This document shows, piece by piece, positions 48,674 through 57,948 of a DNA stretch of 64,000 nucleotides (positions are counted from its first letter, which is position 1; the number at the start of each line of letters is the position of its first letter). The DNA lies in contig JAOAAY010000005.1 of NCBI GenBank assembly GCA_026418615.1, forward strand, positions 51,818-115,817, read 5' to 3'. The translations under genes and the position numbers were made by a program. This stretch comes from Candidatus Sumerlaeaceae bacterium (GTDB lineage Bacteria > Sumerlaeota > Sumerlaeia > Sumerlaeales > Sumerlaeaceae). The notes under the pieces were generated by a model, which saw only the letters and a program-made list of their open reading frames with translations, had not been told where the DNA came from and ran no database searches.

Positions 48674-49144
48674 TTGAAACCGCCAAATTACAGTTTTCTC
48701 ATTGACGGGGTCTTGGCTGGCAGCGGGCACCCGCAACGGTGCGGCAATCTGAGCCGGGTGTTGGCCGCCTTGGCCGCTGACGGCATTGGGGCCATCGTGT
48801 CGCTGGATGAGACCGGTTTGTCGCGCGCTCACCTCCACGAACACGGCCTTCGGCATCTGCATTTGCCAGTCATTGACTTTAGCATCCCCACCCTTGAGCA
48901 GGTGCGCCAGTTTGTGCAGTTTGTGCGTGAGCAGCGTGCGCGTAACTCCGCCGTGCTAGTCCATTGCGGTGCAGGCATCGGCCGCACGGGAACCATGCTG
49001 GCGTGCTACCTCGTAGCCGAGGGTGCGGATCCGGCTGAAGCCATCCAAACGGTCCGTGCGCGACGGCCCGGCTCCATAGAGACGCCCGAGCAGGAGCAAT
49101 TCGTGCACGACTTTGCCGCCGAATGCCGCAAACAACCGGGGTAG
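48674..49144 (+). CDS. Dual-specificity / Cys-based protein phosphatase
   Basis: The P-loop VHCGAGIGRTG (CX5R) is present. The start codon at 48674 is TTG. Confidence 0.85.
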   Translation: MKPPNYSFLIDGVLAGSGHPQRCGNLSRVLAALAADGIGAIVSLDETGLSRAHLHEHGLRHLHLPVIDFSIPTLEQVRQFVQFVREQRARNSAVLVHCGAGIGRTGTMLACYLVAEGADPAEAIQTVRARRPGSIETPEQEQFVHDFAAECRKQPG

Positions 49145-49156
49145 GCCGGCCTACCC
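49139..49156. terminator. Perfect 18-nt palindrome GGGTAGGCCGGCCTACCC shared by two convergent genes; bidirectional hairpin candidate
   Basis: It contains the TAG stop of the phosphatase gene (49142-49144) and, on the other strand, the TAG stop of pilT (49151-49153). It can form a 7-bp stem with a 4-nt loop on either strand. Confidence 0.5.
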
Positions 49157-50284
49157 TTCCACGCCGCCGTATTTCTTGGCGAACTCGGCCCGGTCCGGCG
49201 AGTGGAGTATTGCGGTCTCGTAGGAGATCAATCCTCGCCGGTACAACTCGCCCAGCGAATGGTTGAAGGTGATCATTCCCTCCTCCAATCCGGTCTGCAT
49301 GGCCGAAAAAATCATGGGCACTTTGCCTTCGCGCAGGAGGTTGCGCACGGCGCGGTTGCATACGAGAATCTCGCGGGCAGCGACGCGTCCGCGCCGATCT
49401 TTTAGCGGCACGAGTTTCTGCGAGATGATGCCATGCAACGACACGGCCAGTTGGGCGCGCACCTGCGCCTGCTGATGCGGAGGGAACGAATCAATGATGC
49501 GATGAATGGTCTGCGCGGCCTCGGAGGTGTGCAGCGTCGAGAAGGTCAGGTGCCCGGTCTCCGCCAGTGTGATCGCGGCCTGCATGGTCTCCAAGTCGCG
49601 CATTTCGCCAATCAGGATGACATCAGGATCCTGCCGGAACGAATGGCGCAGGGCGGCGTGGTAGCCCGCCGTGTCGAGGTTCATCTCGCGCTGGCTGATC
49701 ATCGCGAGTTTTTCCTCGTAAACATATTCAATGGGATCTTCGATGGTGAGGATGTGGCAGCGACGGTGGCGGTTGATCTGATCCAGCATGGCAGCCAGCG
49801 TGGTGGACTTGCCGCAACCCGTCGGCCCGGTGACAAGGATCAGGCCCGCCGGCAGGCTGACAAAGTCGTAAACCACCCGAGGCAAATAGATTTCCTCCAT
49901 CGTGGGGATGCGCTCGGGAATCAGCCGGATTGAGGCGCAAACACGGCCCTGCTGCACATAGAGGTTGATCCGCATGCGCGTTACGCCCGTCAGCGAATAG
50001 GCAAAGTCCAATTCGTGGGTGCGCTCGAATCGCTCCACCTGCTGATCGGTCAGGATGGACTCGAGAAACCGGCGTAATTCATCGGCCGTGATCCAGTCCT
50101 CGCCAAGTTTGTACAACTCGCCGTCAATGCGCACCCGCGGGCTTTGCCCCGCACGAAAGTGCAGGTCACTGGCGCCCTCCTGCACGGCGGCGCGCACAAA
50201 TTCCGTGAAACGCGCCCCTAATGCGGCTCCAGCCGGCGGGGTCGGGACGGGTTGCGATTGAGCGGCTTGTTGTTCCATCGTCAA
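49151..50284 (-). CDS. pilT: Type IV pilus retraction ATPase PilT family
   Basis: Walker A VTGPTGCGKSTT is present, along with the Asp box, the His box and overall PilT-like length (377 aa). Confidence 0.9.
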   Translation of the reverse strand: MTMEQQAAQSQPVPTPPAGAALGARFTEFVRAAVQEGASDLHFRAGQSPRVRIDGELYKLGEDWITADELRRFLESILTDQQVERFERTHELDFAYSLTGVTRMRINLYVQQGRVCASIRLIPERIPTMEEIYLPRVVYDFVSLPAGLILVTGPTGCGKSTTLAAMLDQINRHRRCHILTIEDPIEYVYEEKLAMISQREMNLDTAGYHAALRHSFRQDPDVILIGEMRDLETMQAAITLAETGHLTFSTLHTSEAAQTIHRIIDSFPPHQQAQVRAQLAVSLHGIISQKLVPLKDRRGRVAAREILVCNRAVRNLLREGKVPMIFSAMQTGLEEGMITFNHSLGELYRRGLISYETAILHSPDRAEFAKKYGGVEG

Positions 50285-50331
50285 GTTTGGATACCGTTAT
50301 CGTCCCTTCTCCTCAAGCGCGAATTCGGCTG

Positions 50332-51489
50332 TCACAGAAGATACTCAATCAGGGAATCAAACCGCAGACGGCCAGCGCGACTCAGCCGAACGACAGGTCC
50401 GTTCTGTGTCAGCAGCCCCTCCTCGAGCAGCGCGCGAAACTGGGCCGCGCGGGTCTCCCGCACATCACAACCGTAACGGTCAGCAAACCAATCCATGTCC
50501 ACACCGTCCACCAGTCGCAGGGCCATTTGCAGGTTCTCCACAGCAGTCAGATGCGGGTCGGGTTGCGGTATTTCCCGCCGGAATAGACGCCCGGCGGCAA
50601 TGCTGCGTTGGTAAGCCTCGGCAGAATTCTCATTAACAAAGCGGCGCGGGAAAAGAAACGAGTGTGCTCCGGCGCCCCAACCGACATAGTTGCCCAACCG
50701 CCAATAGTTTTCGTTGTGACGCGACCTCCGGCCCGGCCGGGCAAAGTTGCTGATCTCGTAGTGCTCGAACCCCTGCGCAGTCAGGAAGTTCGCCGTTTCG
50801 TCAAAGATTTCGATTCTCCAATCCTCGTTAGGAGGCTCGATTTCGCCCGCATCCAACCTTCGTCGCATCGCCGTGCCGGCGTGATAGGTCAGTTCGTAAA
50901 CACTGATGTGATCGGCGCCCCAAGCCGCCGCCTCGCGCAGGTCCTTGCGCCACTGATCCGGAGTCTGCCCGGGCCAGCACGAAATGAGGTCAATAGCATA
51001 GGTGGCGTTGCTTGCGGCCGTTTGCCTTTGCAGCGTTTCCAGCAGCCGGCGGGAATCGTCCGCCGAATGCAGCCGTCCGGTTTGCGCAAGAAGCGCCGGT
51101 TGGAAGGTTTGCACGCCGACTGAAAAACGGTTGACTCCCGCCGCAAGGAGAGCAGCGATCTTCTCCGCGTCGGCGGTTCCCGGTTGCGTCTCGAGAGTGA
51201 TTTCGGCCAAGGCGGACAGCGCAAATTCGGCGCGCACGGCGTCGAGCAGCCGCCCAATGCCGGCGGCGCTTGCACGGCTGGGGGTGCCGCCTCCCAGAAA
51301 GACCGTTTCCACCGGCTCCGCGGGGTCCAAATCCCCCGCAGCAATCCATAGGGCCATCTCGCGGGCGACCAGTTCCAACCATGCGTCCGCACGACGCGCC
51401 GCATCGCCGGGCGATGTCACAGTGTAGAAATCGCAATAGGTGCACCGCTGCTCGCAAAACGGCACATGAATATAGATGAAATGGCCCAC
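50332..51489 (-). CDS. hemW: Radical SAM heme chaperone HemW (HemN-like, oxygen-independent coproporphyrinogen oxidase family)
   Basis: The motif YIHVPFCEQRCTYCDFY (CxxxCxxC) is present within a 385-aa ORF. Confidence 0.9.
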   Translation of the reverse strand: MGHFIYIHVPFCEQRCTYCDFYTVTSPGDAARRADAWLELVAREMALWIAAGDLDPAEPVETVFLGGGTPSRASAAGIGRLLDAVRAEFALSALAEITLETQPGTADAEKIAALLAAGVNRFSVGVQTFQPALLAQTGRLHSADDSRRLLETLQRQTAASNATYAIDLISCWPGQTPDQWRKDLREAAAWGADHISVYELTYHAGTAMRRRLDAGEIEPPNEDWRIEIFDETANFLTAQGFEHYEISNFARPGRRSRHNENYWRLGNYVGWGAGAHSFLFPRRFVNENSAEAYQRSIAAGRLFRREIPQPDPHLTAVENLQMALRLVDGVDMDWFADRYGCDVRETRAAQFRALLEEGLLTQNGPVVRLSRAGRLRFDSLIEYLL

Positions 51490-51519
51490 GGGTTTTGACG
51501 ACCCGGTCAGCGTGGCGCG

Positions 51520-51771
51520 TCAGTCTGCTTCAGGCGGCGGCACCGGCAGTTGATCTTCCGGCGTGTCCTTCCACTTTTCGCCCGTTTCCGGCAGCATTTC
51601 CGGGATGCCGTCCCGGATCGGGTACTTGTAGCCGGAATCGTCGCACACCAGCCAGCACCCTTTCACGAGCCGCAGGCGCCCCGGATCATCTCCCTTGTCC
51701 GTGTAGTGAACCGCCACCGGGCAACGCAGAATTTCCATGAGTTCGGGGCTGATGGTTGGGCTGTCGCTCAT
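51520..51771 (-). CDS. Trm112 family (UPF0434) small protein
   Basis: The ORF is 83 aa and carries LMEILRCPV...YKYPIRDGIPEML. Confidence 0.8.
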   Translation of the reverse strand: MSDSPTISPELMEILRCPVAVHYTDKGDDPGRLRLVKGCWLVCDDSGYKYPIRDGIPEMLPETGEKWKDTPEDQLPVPPPEAD

Positions 51772-51849
51772 CGCGGGCTCCCTTTGTGTCTGGGCATGAT
51801 AGACAACTTAGCAGCCGTAAAGCCGCCGCCGTCAAGCCTTGCCGCCCGT

Positions 51850-54800
51850 CTAACCCGCCAGCGCCGTCTCGCGGTCAAACTGACTGCCCTCGAACTCGTC
51901 CAGCCGCAGGCTCACGACACGGCTTACTCCGGGCTCTTCCATCGTGATCCCATAGATCGTATTGGCAAGCGCCATGGTCTGCTTGTTGTGCGTGATGATG
52001 ATGAATTGTGTCGTGCTGGTGAATTCACGCACGAGGTCCTTGAACCGCTCGATGTTCTTGTCGTCCAGAGGGGCGTCAATTTCATCGAGGATGCAAAACG
52101 GGCTCGGCTTGCGCATAAAGATGGCGAATAACAGCGCGACGGCCGTCAGCGCCCTTTCTCCGCCCGAGAGCAGGGAAATGTGCTGAGGATTCTTGCCCGG
52201 CGGCTGCGCCACAATGTCAATGCCGCTGTCGAGCACTCCGTCTTCCGAGGTAAGAATCAGGTCGGCGCGCCCGCCGCCAAACAGCCGACGGAAAACTTCG
52301 CGAAAATTCTCCCGGATTTCTGAAAAGGCCGAGGTGAACAGTTCCGTGGTCGTCCGGTCAATCTCCGCAATCGTCTCGGTCAATTGCTGCTTGGCCGCCA
52401 ACAGATCGGCCTGCTGCTTGGACAGGTACTCGTAGCGATCGCGCTCGGAGACATACTGGCTGATGGCCTCCATGTTGACCGGCCCCAGCCGCGCAATTTT
52501 CTCGCGCAACTCGTGGGCGCGGCGCATCGCCTCATCGCGGTCGGGCAGCACAGCCAGTGCCGACTCGGGCGTCAGCGACTCCAACGACTCGGCACCGATG
52601 GCGCTCCCGGCCATCTGAACCGCCTCCTCCGATGTCCCGCCTCCCTCATCCGCAGGTTCTTCGTCCAATTCTTCGATGAGAGCGGCATCGTCTGAGTTCC
52701 TGACCAGGCGCTCTCCGGCAAACACCAACTTCACAAGGTCATCCAGACTTCTATCAAAGCGTTCGCTTGCCTGCTGGTTCAGCCCTTCGCGCTGTGCACG
52801 CGCCTCCGTGCGGCGCAGATCGGCCTCGTGAAGAGAGTTCTTCGCCTCGTTGAGATCGCGCTGCACCACATGCACGCGCTCGCCCAGTTTCCGCAGGTCG
52901 AGTTGGATCGTGTCGCGGCGCTCGGTTTCCAGAGTGATTTGGCGGCCCAATTCGGCGCGGCGCTCATGCAGCCCGGCCAACCTTTCGCGCAACGACATTG
53001 CCTCCGCGGCAGCCTCCTCATCCTGACGGCGGAACTGCTCAATGTCGCCGAGACGGGCGGCACGCAGCCCGGCCAGCCTCACCTGCTCACGGCGCGCCTC
53101 GGCCAGTCGCTCGCGCGCATTGGAAAGCCGCTGCTCATCCGTTGAAATCTGGATAGCGAGGTCGTTGATCTCAGCGGCAGCCTCGGCCTCCTCCCGCCGG
53201 CGCGACAGGGCTTGCTCCTCCGCAGATTCAGCCTCGCGTTCAAGTTCCGCCACCCGCTCGGCCAAGCGACTGGCCATCTCGATGGCTTGCGCTTCCGTCT
53301 CGCGGTGGCGGGCCATTTCCGTCTCAATGGACTTGCGCCGCGCAGCCAGCGCATCGCGCGCTGCCGTCTTATCGGCAAGTTTCTGTTCGACAAACGCAAA
53401 GTCCGAACGCGATCTCGCCACCTCGACCTCTTGCGCGTTGGTCGAACGCTGTAACTTCTCGTGGCGCTCGCGCAGGCTTGCGCGCTCGTCCCGCAGCCGG
53501 TCGGTTTCCTGCTGCAGTTCCTCCTCGCACCGCGCCAAGGTTTCGAGTTGCGCCGCCAGTTCGCGGATTTCCCGCGTGCGGTGCAGAAGCGTCGAAGCCT
53601 GCACTGAACCGCCCGTCATGGCGCCGTGAGCACTTACCAAGTCACCGGCGAGGGTAACAAACCGCCCCCGGACACCGCGCCGGCGCAACTCGATTGCCTT
53701 GTCCAACGACTCGCAGATGAGCACATTGCCCAACAGATACTCGATCGCCGGTCTCAGGCGTTCCTCATAGCGAATCAGGTCAGACGCCAGCCCCACGACA
53801 CCCGGCTCGCCGACGGCTGCCCGCAGGCCATTGTCCGCTTGACGGCCTTCCACGAGATCCAGCGGAAGGAAGGTGGCTCGGCCGGCTTTCGTCTCGCGCA
53901 GCATCCGGATGGCTGCCTCGGCATCCTCTGCTGTCTCCACGATGATATCCTGGGCCTGCGAACCCAAAGCCACCTCGATGGCCGTCTCGTGCGCTGCCTC
54001 GGCCTGAATCAGTGCAGAGACGACATCCACCACGCCGTGCAAAGCGCCGTCGCGGGCCTTCAGCATCACCTCGCGAACACCGCGGTAATACCCGTCAAAA
54101 TTGGCCTGCATCTCGGCAAGAGCCTTATGGCGGCTCCGGCATTCCTGCGCTTCCCGCCGGGCACTGTCGAGGTTGGCCGCGGCTGTGGCAAACTGTTTTT
54201 CGACTGCCTCGAGCGACGCCGCTGTGGACTCCAAATCGCTGCGCAGCGCCGCCAGCACCTGCTCGGCTTCGTCGAGCGAGGACAAACGCTCGTCCCGATC
54301 GCTCGTGAGAGCCTCGATTTGTTGCTCGAGTAAAGCCAGTTCGGCCTCGCCGCGCCCGAGTTCTTCCGCCAATTTGTCCACCATGGCGCGGGCGATACGC
54401 CCCTCGTTTTCGCGTTCCAGTCGCTCACGGCCTGCGGCCGCTATGGCGTGGCGCAAGGCCGAGGTTCGGGTGGCCGCCTCGTCCGCCGTGGACTTGAGTT
54501 CATCGTAGCGCGCTTTGCGCGCCGCAAAGTCCGCCCGCAGTTGCTCCAGAGCCTCGGCTTGCGCCGTCATGTCCCTCTCGTGCTGGAGAAACCGCTCATC
54601 CGCCGCCGCGGCCTCGCCATCGAGGCGTTCCACTTCCCGGCGCAAATCTTCCTGCCTCGTCCGGCAGGTCTCCCGCCGCTGCTCGAGCAAGGCGACTCGC
54701 CCCTCGATATCGGCAATTTCGCGCTCGAGTCCGAACTGCAACGATTGGGCGTTCTCCAGCGCGGCCTGAACACCCTCCGCGGCCGCACGGTTCTCAGTCT

Positions 54801-55608
54801 CCTCCTCCTCCAAAACGGCTAGTTCCTGCTCAAAACGCTCTACCGCCGCATGCCACTCGGCGTAGTTAGCCTCAACGGAAGCGCTCGCCAGCAGCAGTTC
54901 GAAATGTCTCCTCACCAGCAGTTCCATCTCGAGCGTCTCCAATTCGGCCGATAACTTCCGATGGCGCGCCGCCTTGGAGGCTTGACGCTTCAGCCCATTG
55001 GCCGCCCGCCGAACTTCGTCAATAACGGCAGCCAATCGCTCCAAGTCCGCTTGGGTCCGCTCCAGTTTGCGCAGCGCCTCATCCTTGCGCACCTTGTATT
55101 TGGCAATGCCAGCCGCCTCGTCGAACAGGCCTCGGCGCTCGAGGGGCTTGGAATTGATGATCGCATCAACTTTGCCCTGCTCCATGACCGAGTAACTGTC
55201 CGTTCCGATACCCGTATCAAGAAACAGCGCGGTAATGTCCTTGCGACGGCACACGGCCTTATTGAGCAAATACTCGCTCTCGCCCGTGCGGAAAAGCCGA
55301 CGCATCAGGCTAACTTCTTCAAAATCAATAGGGAGCGCCCGCTTGGCATTGTCCAGAACCAACCCCACCCGCGCCATACCCGTGGCTTTCACGCTTCCGG
55401 AACCACTAAAAATGACATCGTCCATGCGCTCGCCACGCAGGCTCTTAGCGCTTGTCTCTCCCAACACCCAGCGGATGGCGTCGAAAATGTTCGATTTGCC
55501 ACATCCGTTGGGGCCGACGATCACCGTCACGCCCGGTAACAGATCAATGGTGGTCTTATGCGCAAAACTCTTAAAGCCCTGCAGTTCCAAGCGTTTGATA
55601 AACCGCAT
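51850..55608 (-). CDS. smc: Chromosome segregation protein SMC
   Basis: The N-terminus is MRFIKRLELQGFKSF. Walker A GPNGCGKSN, long coiled coils, a hinge, the signature LLSGGERALTAV and Walker B FCILDEIDAPLD are present. The ATG at 55608 is preceded by GAGGTGG. The track start at 55740 adds 44 non-conserved residues. Confidence 0.95.
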   Translation of the reverse strand: MRFIKRLELQGFKSFAHKTTIDLLPGVTVIVGPNGCGKSNIFDAIRWVLGETSAKSLRGERMDDVIFSGSGSVKATGMARVGLVLDNAKRALPIDFEEVSLMRRLFRTGESEYLLNKAVCRRKDITALFLDTGIGTDSYSVMEQGKVDAIINSKPLERRGLFDEAAGIAKYKVRKDEALRKLERTQADLERLAAVIDEVRRAANGLKRQASKAARHRKLSAELETLEMELLVRRHFELLLASASVEANYAEWHAAVERFEQELAVLEEEETENRAAAEGVQAALENAQSLQFGLEREIADIEGRVALLEQRRETCRTRQEDLRREVERLDGEAAAADERFLQHERDMTAQAEALEQLRADFAARKARYDELKSTADEAATRTSALRHAIAAAGRERLERENEGRIARAMVDKLAEELGRGEAELALLEQQIEALTSDRDERLSSLDEAEQVLAALRSDLESTAASLEAVEKQFATAAANLDSARREAQECRSRHKALAEMQANFDGYYRGVREVMLKARDGALHGVVDVVSALIQAEAAHETAIEVALGSQAQDIIVETAEDAEAAIRMLRETKAGRATFLPLDLVEGRQADNGLRAAVGEPGVVGLASDLIRYEERLRPAIEYLLGNVLICESLDKAIELRRRGVRGRFVTLAGDLVSAHGAMTGGSVQASTLLHRTREIRELAAQLETLARCEEELQQETDRLRDERASLRERHEKLQRSTNAQEVEVARSRSDFAFVEQKLADKTAARDALAARRKSIETEMARHRETEAQAIEMASRLAERVAELEREAESAEEQALSRRREEAEAAAEINDLAIQISTDEQRLSNARERLAEARREQVRLAGLRAARLGDIEQFRRQDEEAAAEAMSLRERLAGLHERRAELGRQITLETERRDTIQLDLRKLGERVHVVQRDLNEAKNSLHEADLRRTEARAQREGLNQQASERFDRSLDDLVKLVFAGERLVRNSDDAALIEELDEEPADEGGGTSEEAVQMAGSAIGAESLESLTPESALAVLPDRDEAMRRAHELREKIARLGPVNMEAISQYVSERDRYEYLSKQQADLLAAKQQLTETIAEIDRTTTELFTSAFSEIRENFREVFRRLFGGGRADLILTSEDGVLDSGIDIVAQPPGKNPQHISLLSGGERALTAVALLFAIFMRKPSPFCILDEIDAPLDDKNIERFKDLVREFTSTTQFIIITHNKQTMALANTIYGITMEEPGVSRVVSLRLDEFEGSQFDRETALAG

Positions 55609-55901
55609 TTCGACATTCCACCTCAACATGGCATCGGGGACAACAGCGCTCCAGCACGAGCGCGCTCCCAACGGAGCAACGAGTATTTGGACAAGCCCCG
55701 ATAGGTTTTGTCGCATCGCAAATGTAGGTGACGACAACAATCAACAGCAAAATGCGCCAGCGCGGCGCAAAGGTACCACATATGCAAAAAATTCGAGGCC
55801 TGACACACTGGATATGGCCGCGAGGTCAATATATGGCGTGCCCGCACGAAACGCCAAGAGGCTCACCGCAGAAACATCAACGGTTTGGCTTCCGTCCGCG
55901 G

Positions 55902-57518
55902 TTACCGACGAATCCGGTCGCCCACCCAGCGGCGAATGCGCTGCCAAAGACGACGACGCGGCTTCACTGTTCGCTTGGGATCGGATCGTAAGATATCCAA
56001 AATCCAGCGGTCGCAATTGTTGAGGAAGACCGGATTATCCCCGTAGGCCTCGATAAGCACGCGGTGGTACATGGCCTCTTCATCCGTGGCAATCCTCCAA
56101 TGCGGATAACGCCGAGCGGCCTCCGCCCCCAAACCATGGGCCCCATAGGCATCTAATAAAACCTCGGCCCGCTCAACAACTCCGGAGCCGTGACCAAAAG
56201 CAGCCTTGGGTCGCCAAAGGATTTCATCAGGCAGCAAGCCATCGCACGCCAATCGCAGCACCCATTTCTCCGTCCAGTCGGCGCCCGAGGCGTCCATATG
56301 AAATTTGGCAGAGATGGGAATGCGCATGGCCAAATCAACCAGAGCAGTGTCGAGAAAGGGAACCCGTGCCTCCAACCCGTGAGCCATGGTCATCCGATCC
56401 ACGCGCTGAAGGTTGTTGGCGTGGAGCGTTGCAGTGCAGCGGTGCAATTCGCGCCAAAGCAGATCCGTTTTCCCGGCCCGCAAATACCTTTTAAAATAAC
56501 CGTATCCGCCAAAGAGTTCGTCAGCGCCTTCGCCCACCAACACCACTTTGACATGCTCGCGCGCCAATTTTGCGGCATGCCAGGTGGGAATCGCATGCGT
56601 CACGAGTTCCGGAGCAAAGTGCTCCATCTGACGCACAACCTCGGGCATCACCGTGATCAGGTCGTCCACGGTCAGAATGCGTTCGTGGTGAATAGTCCCC
56701 AAATGCGCCGCGACCCGGCGCGCGGCTTCGAGATCCTGAGAACCCTCAAATCCGACGGAGAAAGTGTGCAATTGGGTCACATACCGCCGGGCCAGTGCCG
56801 CCACGATGCTGCTGTCCAACCCGCCCGACAGGAAAACCCCCACCGGTACATCGCTCATCAGGTGCCGCTCGACTGAGGCAGCCAGCGCTTCGCGGACTCT
56901 CCGGGCCCACTCCAGTGGATCGCGATCTTCCGGTTTATGCAGGGGAACCTTGTAAAAGGTATGGGATACACCATCGCTATCCAGCGTCGAACCGGGGGAT
57001 AGTGCCCGAATGGGGAATGAGGCGTCGGCAAGCGCCTTGAGTTCCGAGGCAAAATGCAAAACCCGCCGACCATCCCCCTTGGTCTCGAAGCCGTAGTATA
57101 AGGGTTTGATACCTAACGGGTCGCGGGCCAGCAGGAGCCGGGGCCCGGCGACCAGAGCAAACCCAAACATCCCGTCAAGGCGGGCTGTGGCAGCGTCGCC
57201 GAGGTCTTCGTGCAGATGAATGATGATTTCGCTGTCGGAGCCCGTGGCCAGCGCATGGCGCCCGGACAGTTCGCGACGGAGCGAGGGATAGTTGTAGATC
57301 TCGCCGTTGGCCACCAGGACACGCGACCGGTCCTCGCTGTAGAGCGGCTGATGGCCGTGCTCGGGATCCATGATGGCAAGGCGGCGACTGCCGATGACGC
57401 CATGGCCCGGCGACACATGCACGCCCTCGGCGTCCGGCCCGCGATGGGCGATCGTGCGCAGCATGTCGCGCACCTTGGGCTCGTCCACAGCGCCCCATTG
57501 ACCGGCTATCCCGCACAC
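55902..57518 (-). CDS. asnB: Asparagine synthase (glutamine-hydrolysing) family
   Basis: A GTG start is followed by the catalytic Cys (MCGIAG). The PP-loop FLSGGLDSSIVAAL is present. The C-terminal tail is basic. Confidence 0.88.
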   Translation of the reverse strand: MCGIAGQWGAVDEPKVRDMLRTIAHRGPDAEGVHVSPGHGVIGSRRLAIMDPEHGHQPLYSEDRSRVLVANGEIYNYPSLRRELSGRHALATGSDSEIIIHLHEDLGDAATARLDGMFGFALVAGPRLLLARDPLGIKPLYYGFETKGDGRRVLHFASELKALADASFPIRALSPGSTLDSDGVSHTFYKVPLHKPEDRDPLEWARRVREALAASVERHLMSDVPVGVFLSGGLDSSIVAALARRYVTQLHTFSVGFEGSQDLEAARRVAAHLGTIHHERILTVDDLITVMPEVVRQMEHFAPELVTHAIPTWHAAKLAREHVKVVLVGEGADELFGGYGYFKRYLRAGKTDLLWRELHRCTATLHANNLQRVDRMTMAHGLEARVPFLDTALVDLAMRIPISAKFHMDASGADWTEKWVLRLACDGLLPDEILWRPKAAFGHGSGVVERAEVLLDAYGAHGLGAEAARRYPHWRIATDEEAMYHRVLIEAYGDNPVFLNNCDRWILDILRSDPKRTVKPRRRLWQRIRRWVGDRIRR

Positions 57519-57564
57519 AACGGCGGTCTTTCCGTGCTGATTCTCATTAGAAGGCGGCTATCCG

Positions 57565-57948
57565 ATGACATTTCTTATTGCAAGTGCGGGCGGAGGACAC
57601 TCACGACTTTGGCCACCTTGCAACCCTCTGATGCGCTCGATGAGACAAACCGACTCAAGCCTTGAACCGGATCGTGCCGTCTCCCCTGCGGAGCACGACC
57701 TGAATGCGCTTGCGGATGCCATCTGCCGCCGGGGGCTTGCGGCTCCGGCCATCTTCTTCATTGAGTCGGTCAAGCCGCTGAATTTCATCGGCAGCCAAAT
57801 GCTGCATGCGCTGACGCCGCTCCTATCGCTGCTGGCCGACCCCGAGCGTATCGAAGCACTGGCCGCTGCGCTCGAGGATCGCGATACGGCGGAACGCCTC
57901 TTGCAGAAAATCGAGGAACGGGAGCAGCAGCCATCGAACCCGAACTGA
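57565..57948 (+). CDS. Small hypothetical protein, first gene of the GlmL-like operon
   Basis: The ORF is 127 aa. The ATG at 57565 is preceded by AAGGCGG, and alternative ATGs are at 57631 and 57640. The segment AAPAIFFIESVKPLNFIGSQMLHALTPLLSLL is hydrophobic/amphipathic. The TGA stop at 57946-57948 overlaps the next gene. I recognise no family. Confidence 0.5.
   Translation: MTFLIASAGGGHSRLWPPCNPLMRSMRQTDSSLEPDRAVSPAEHDLNALADAICRRGLAAPAIFFIESVKPLNFIGSQMLHALTPLLSLLADPERIEALAAALEDRDTAERLLQKIEEREQQPSNPN

Noticed and set aside
57900-57948. A programmed -1 frameshift fusing the 127-aa ORF to the GlmL-like ORF.
   Set aside because: The frames are offset by -1, but no X XXY YYZ slippery heptamer is present near the junction (the sequence reads CAG AAA ATC ... 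AAC CCG AAC TGA). GlmL-family proteins normally begin right at the DxGSTxTK motif, so non-canonical initiation is the simpler reading.
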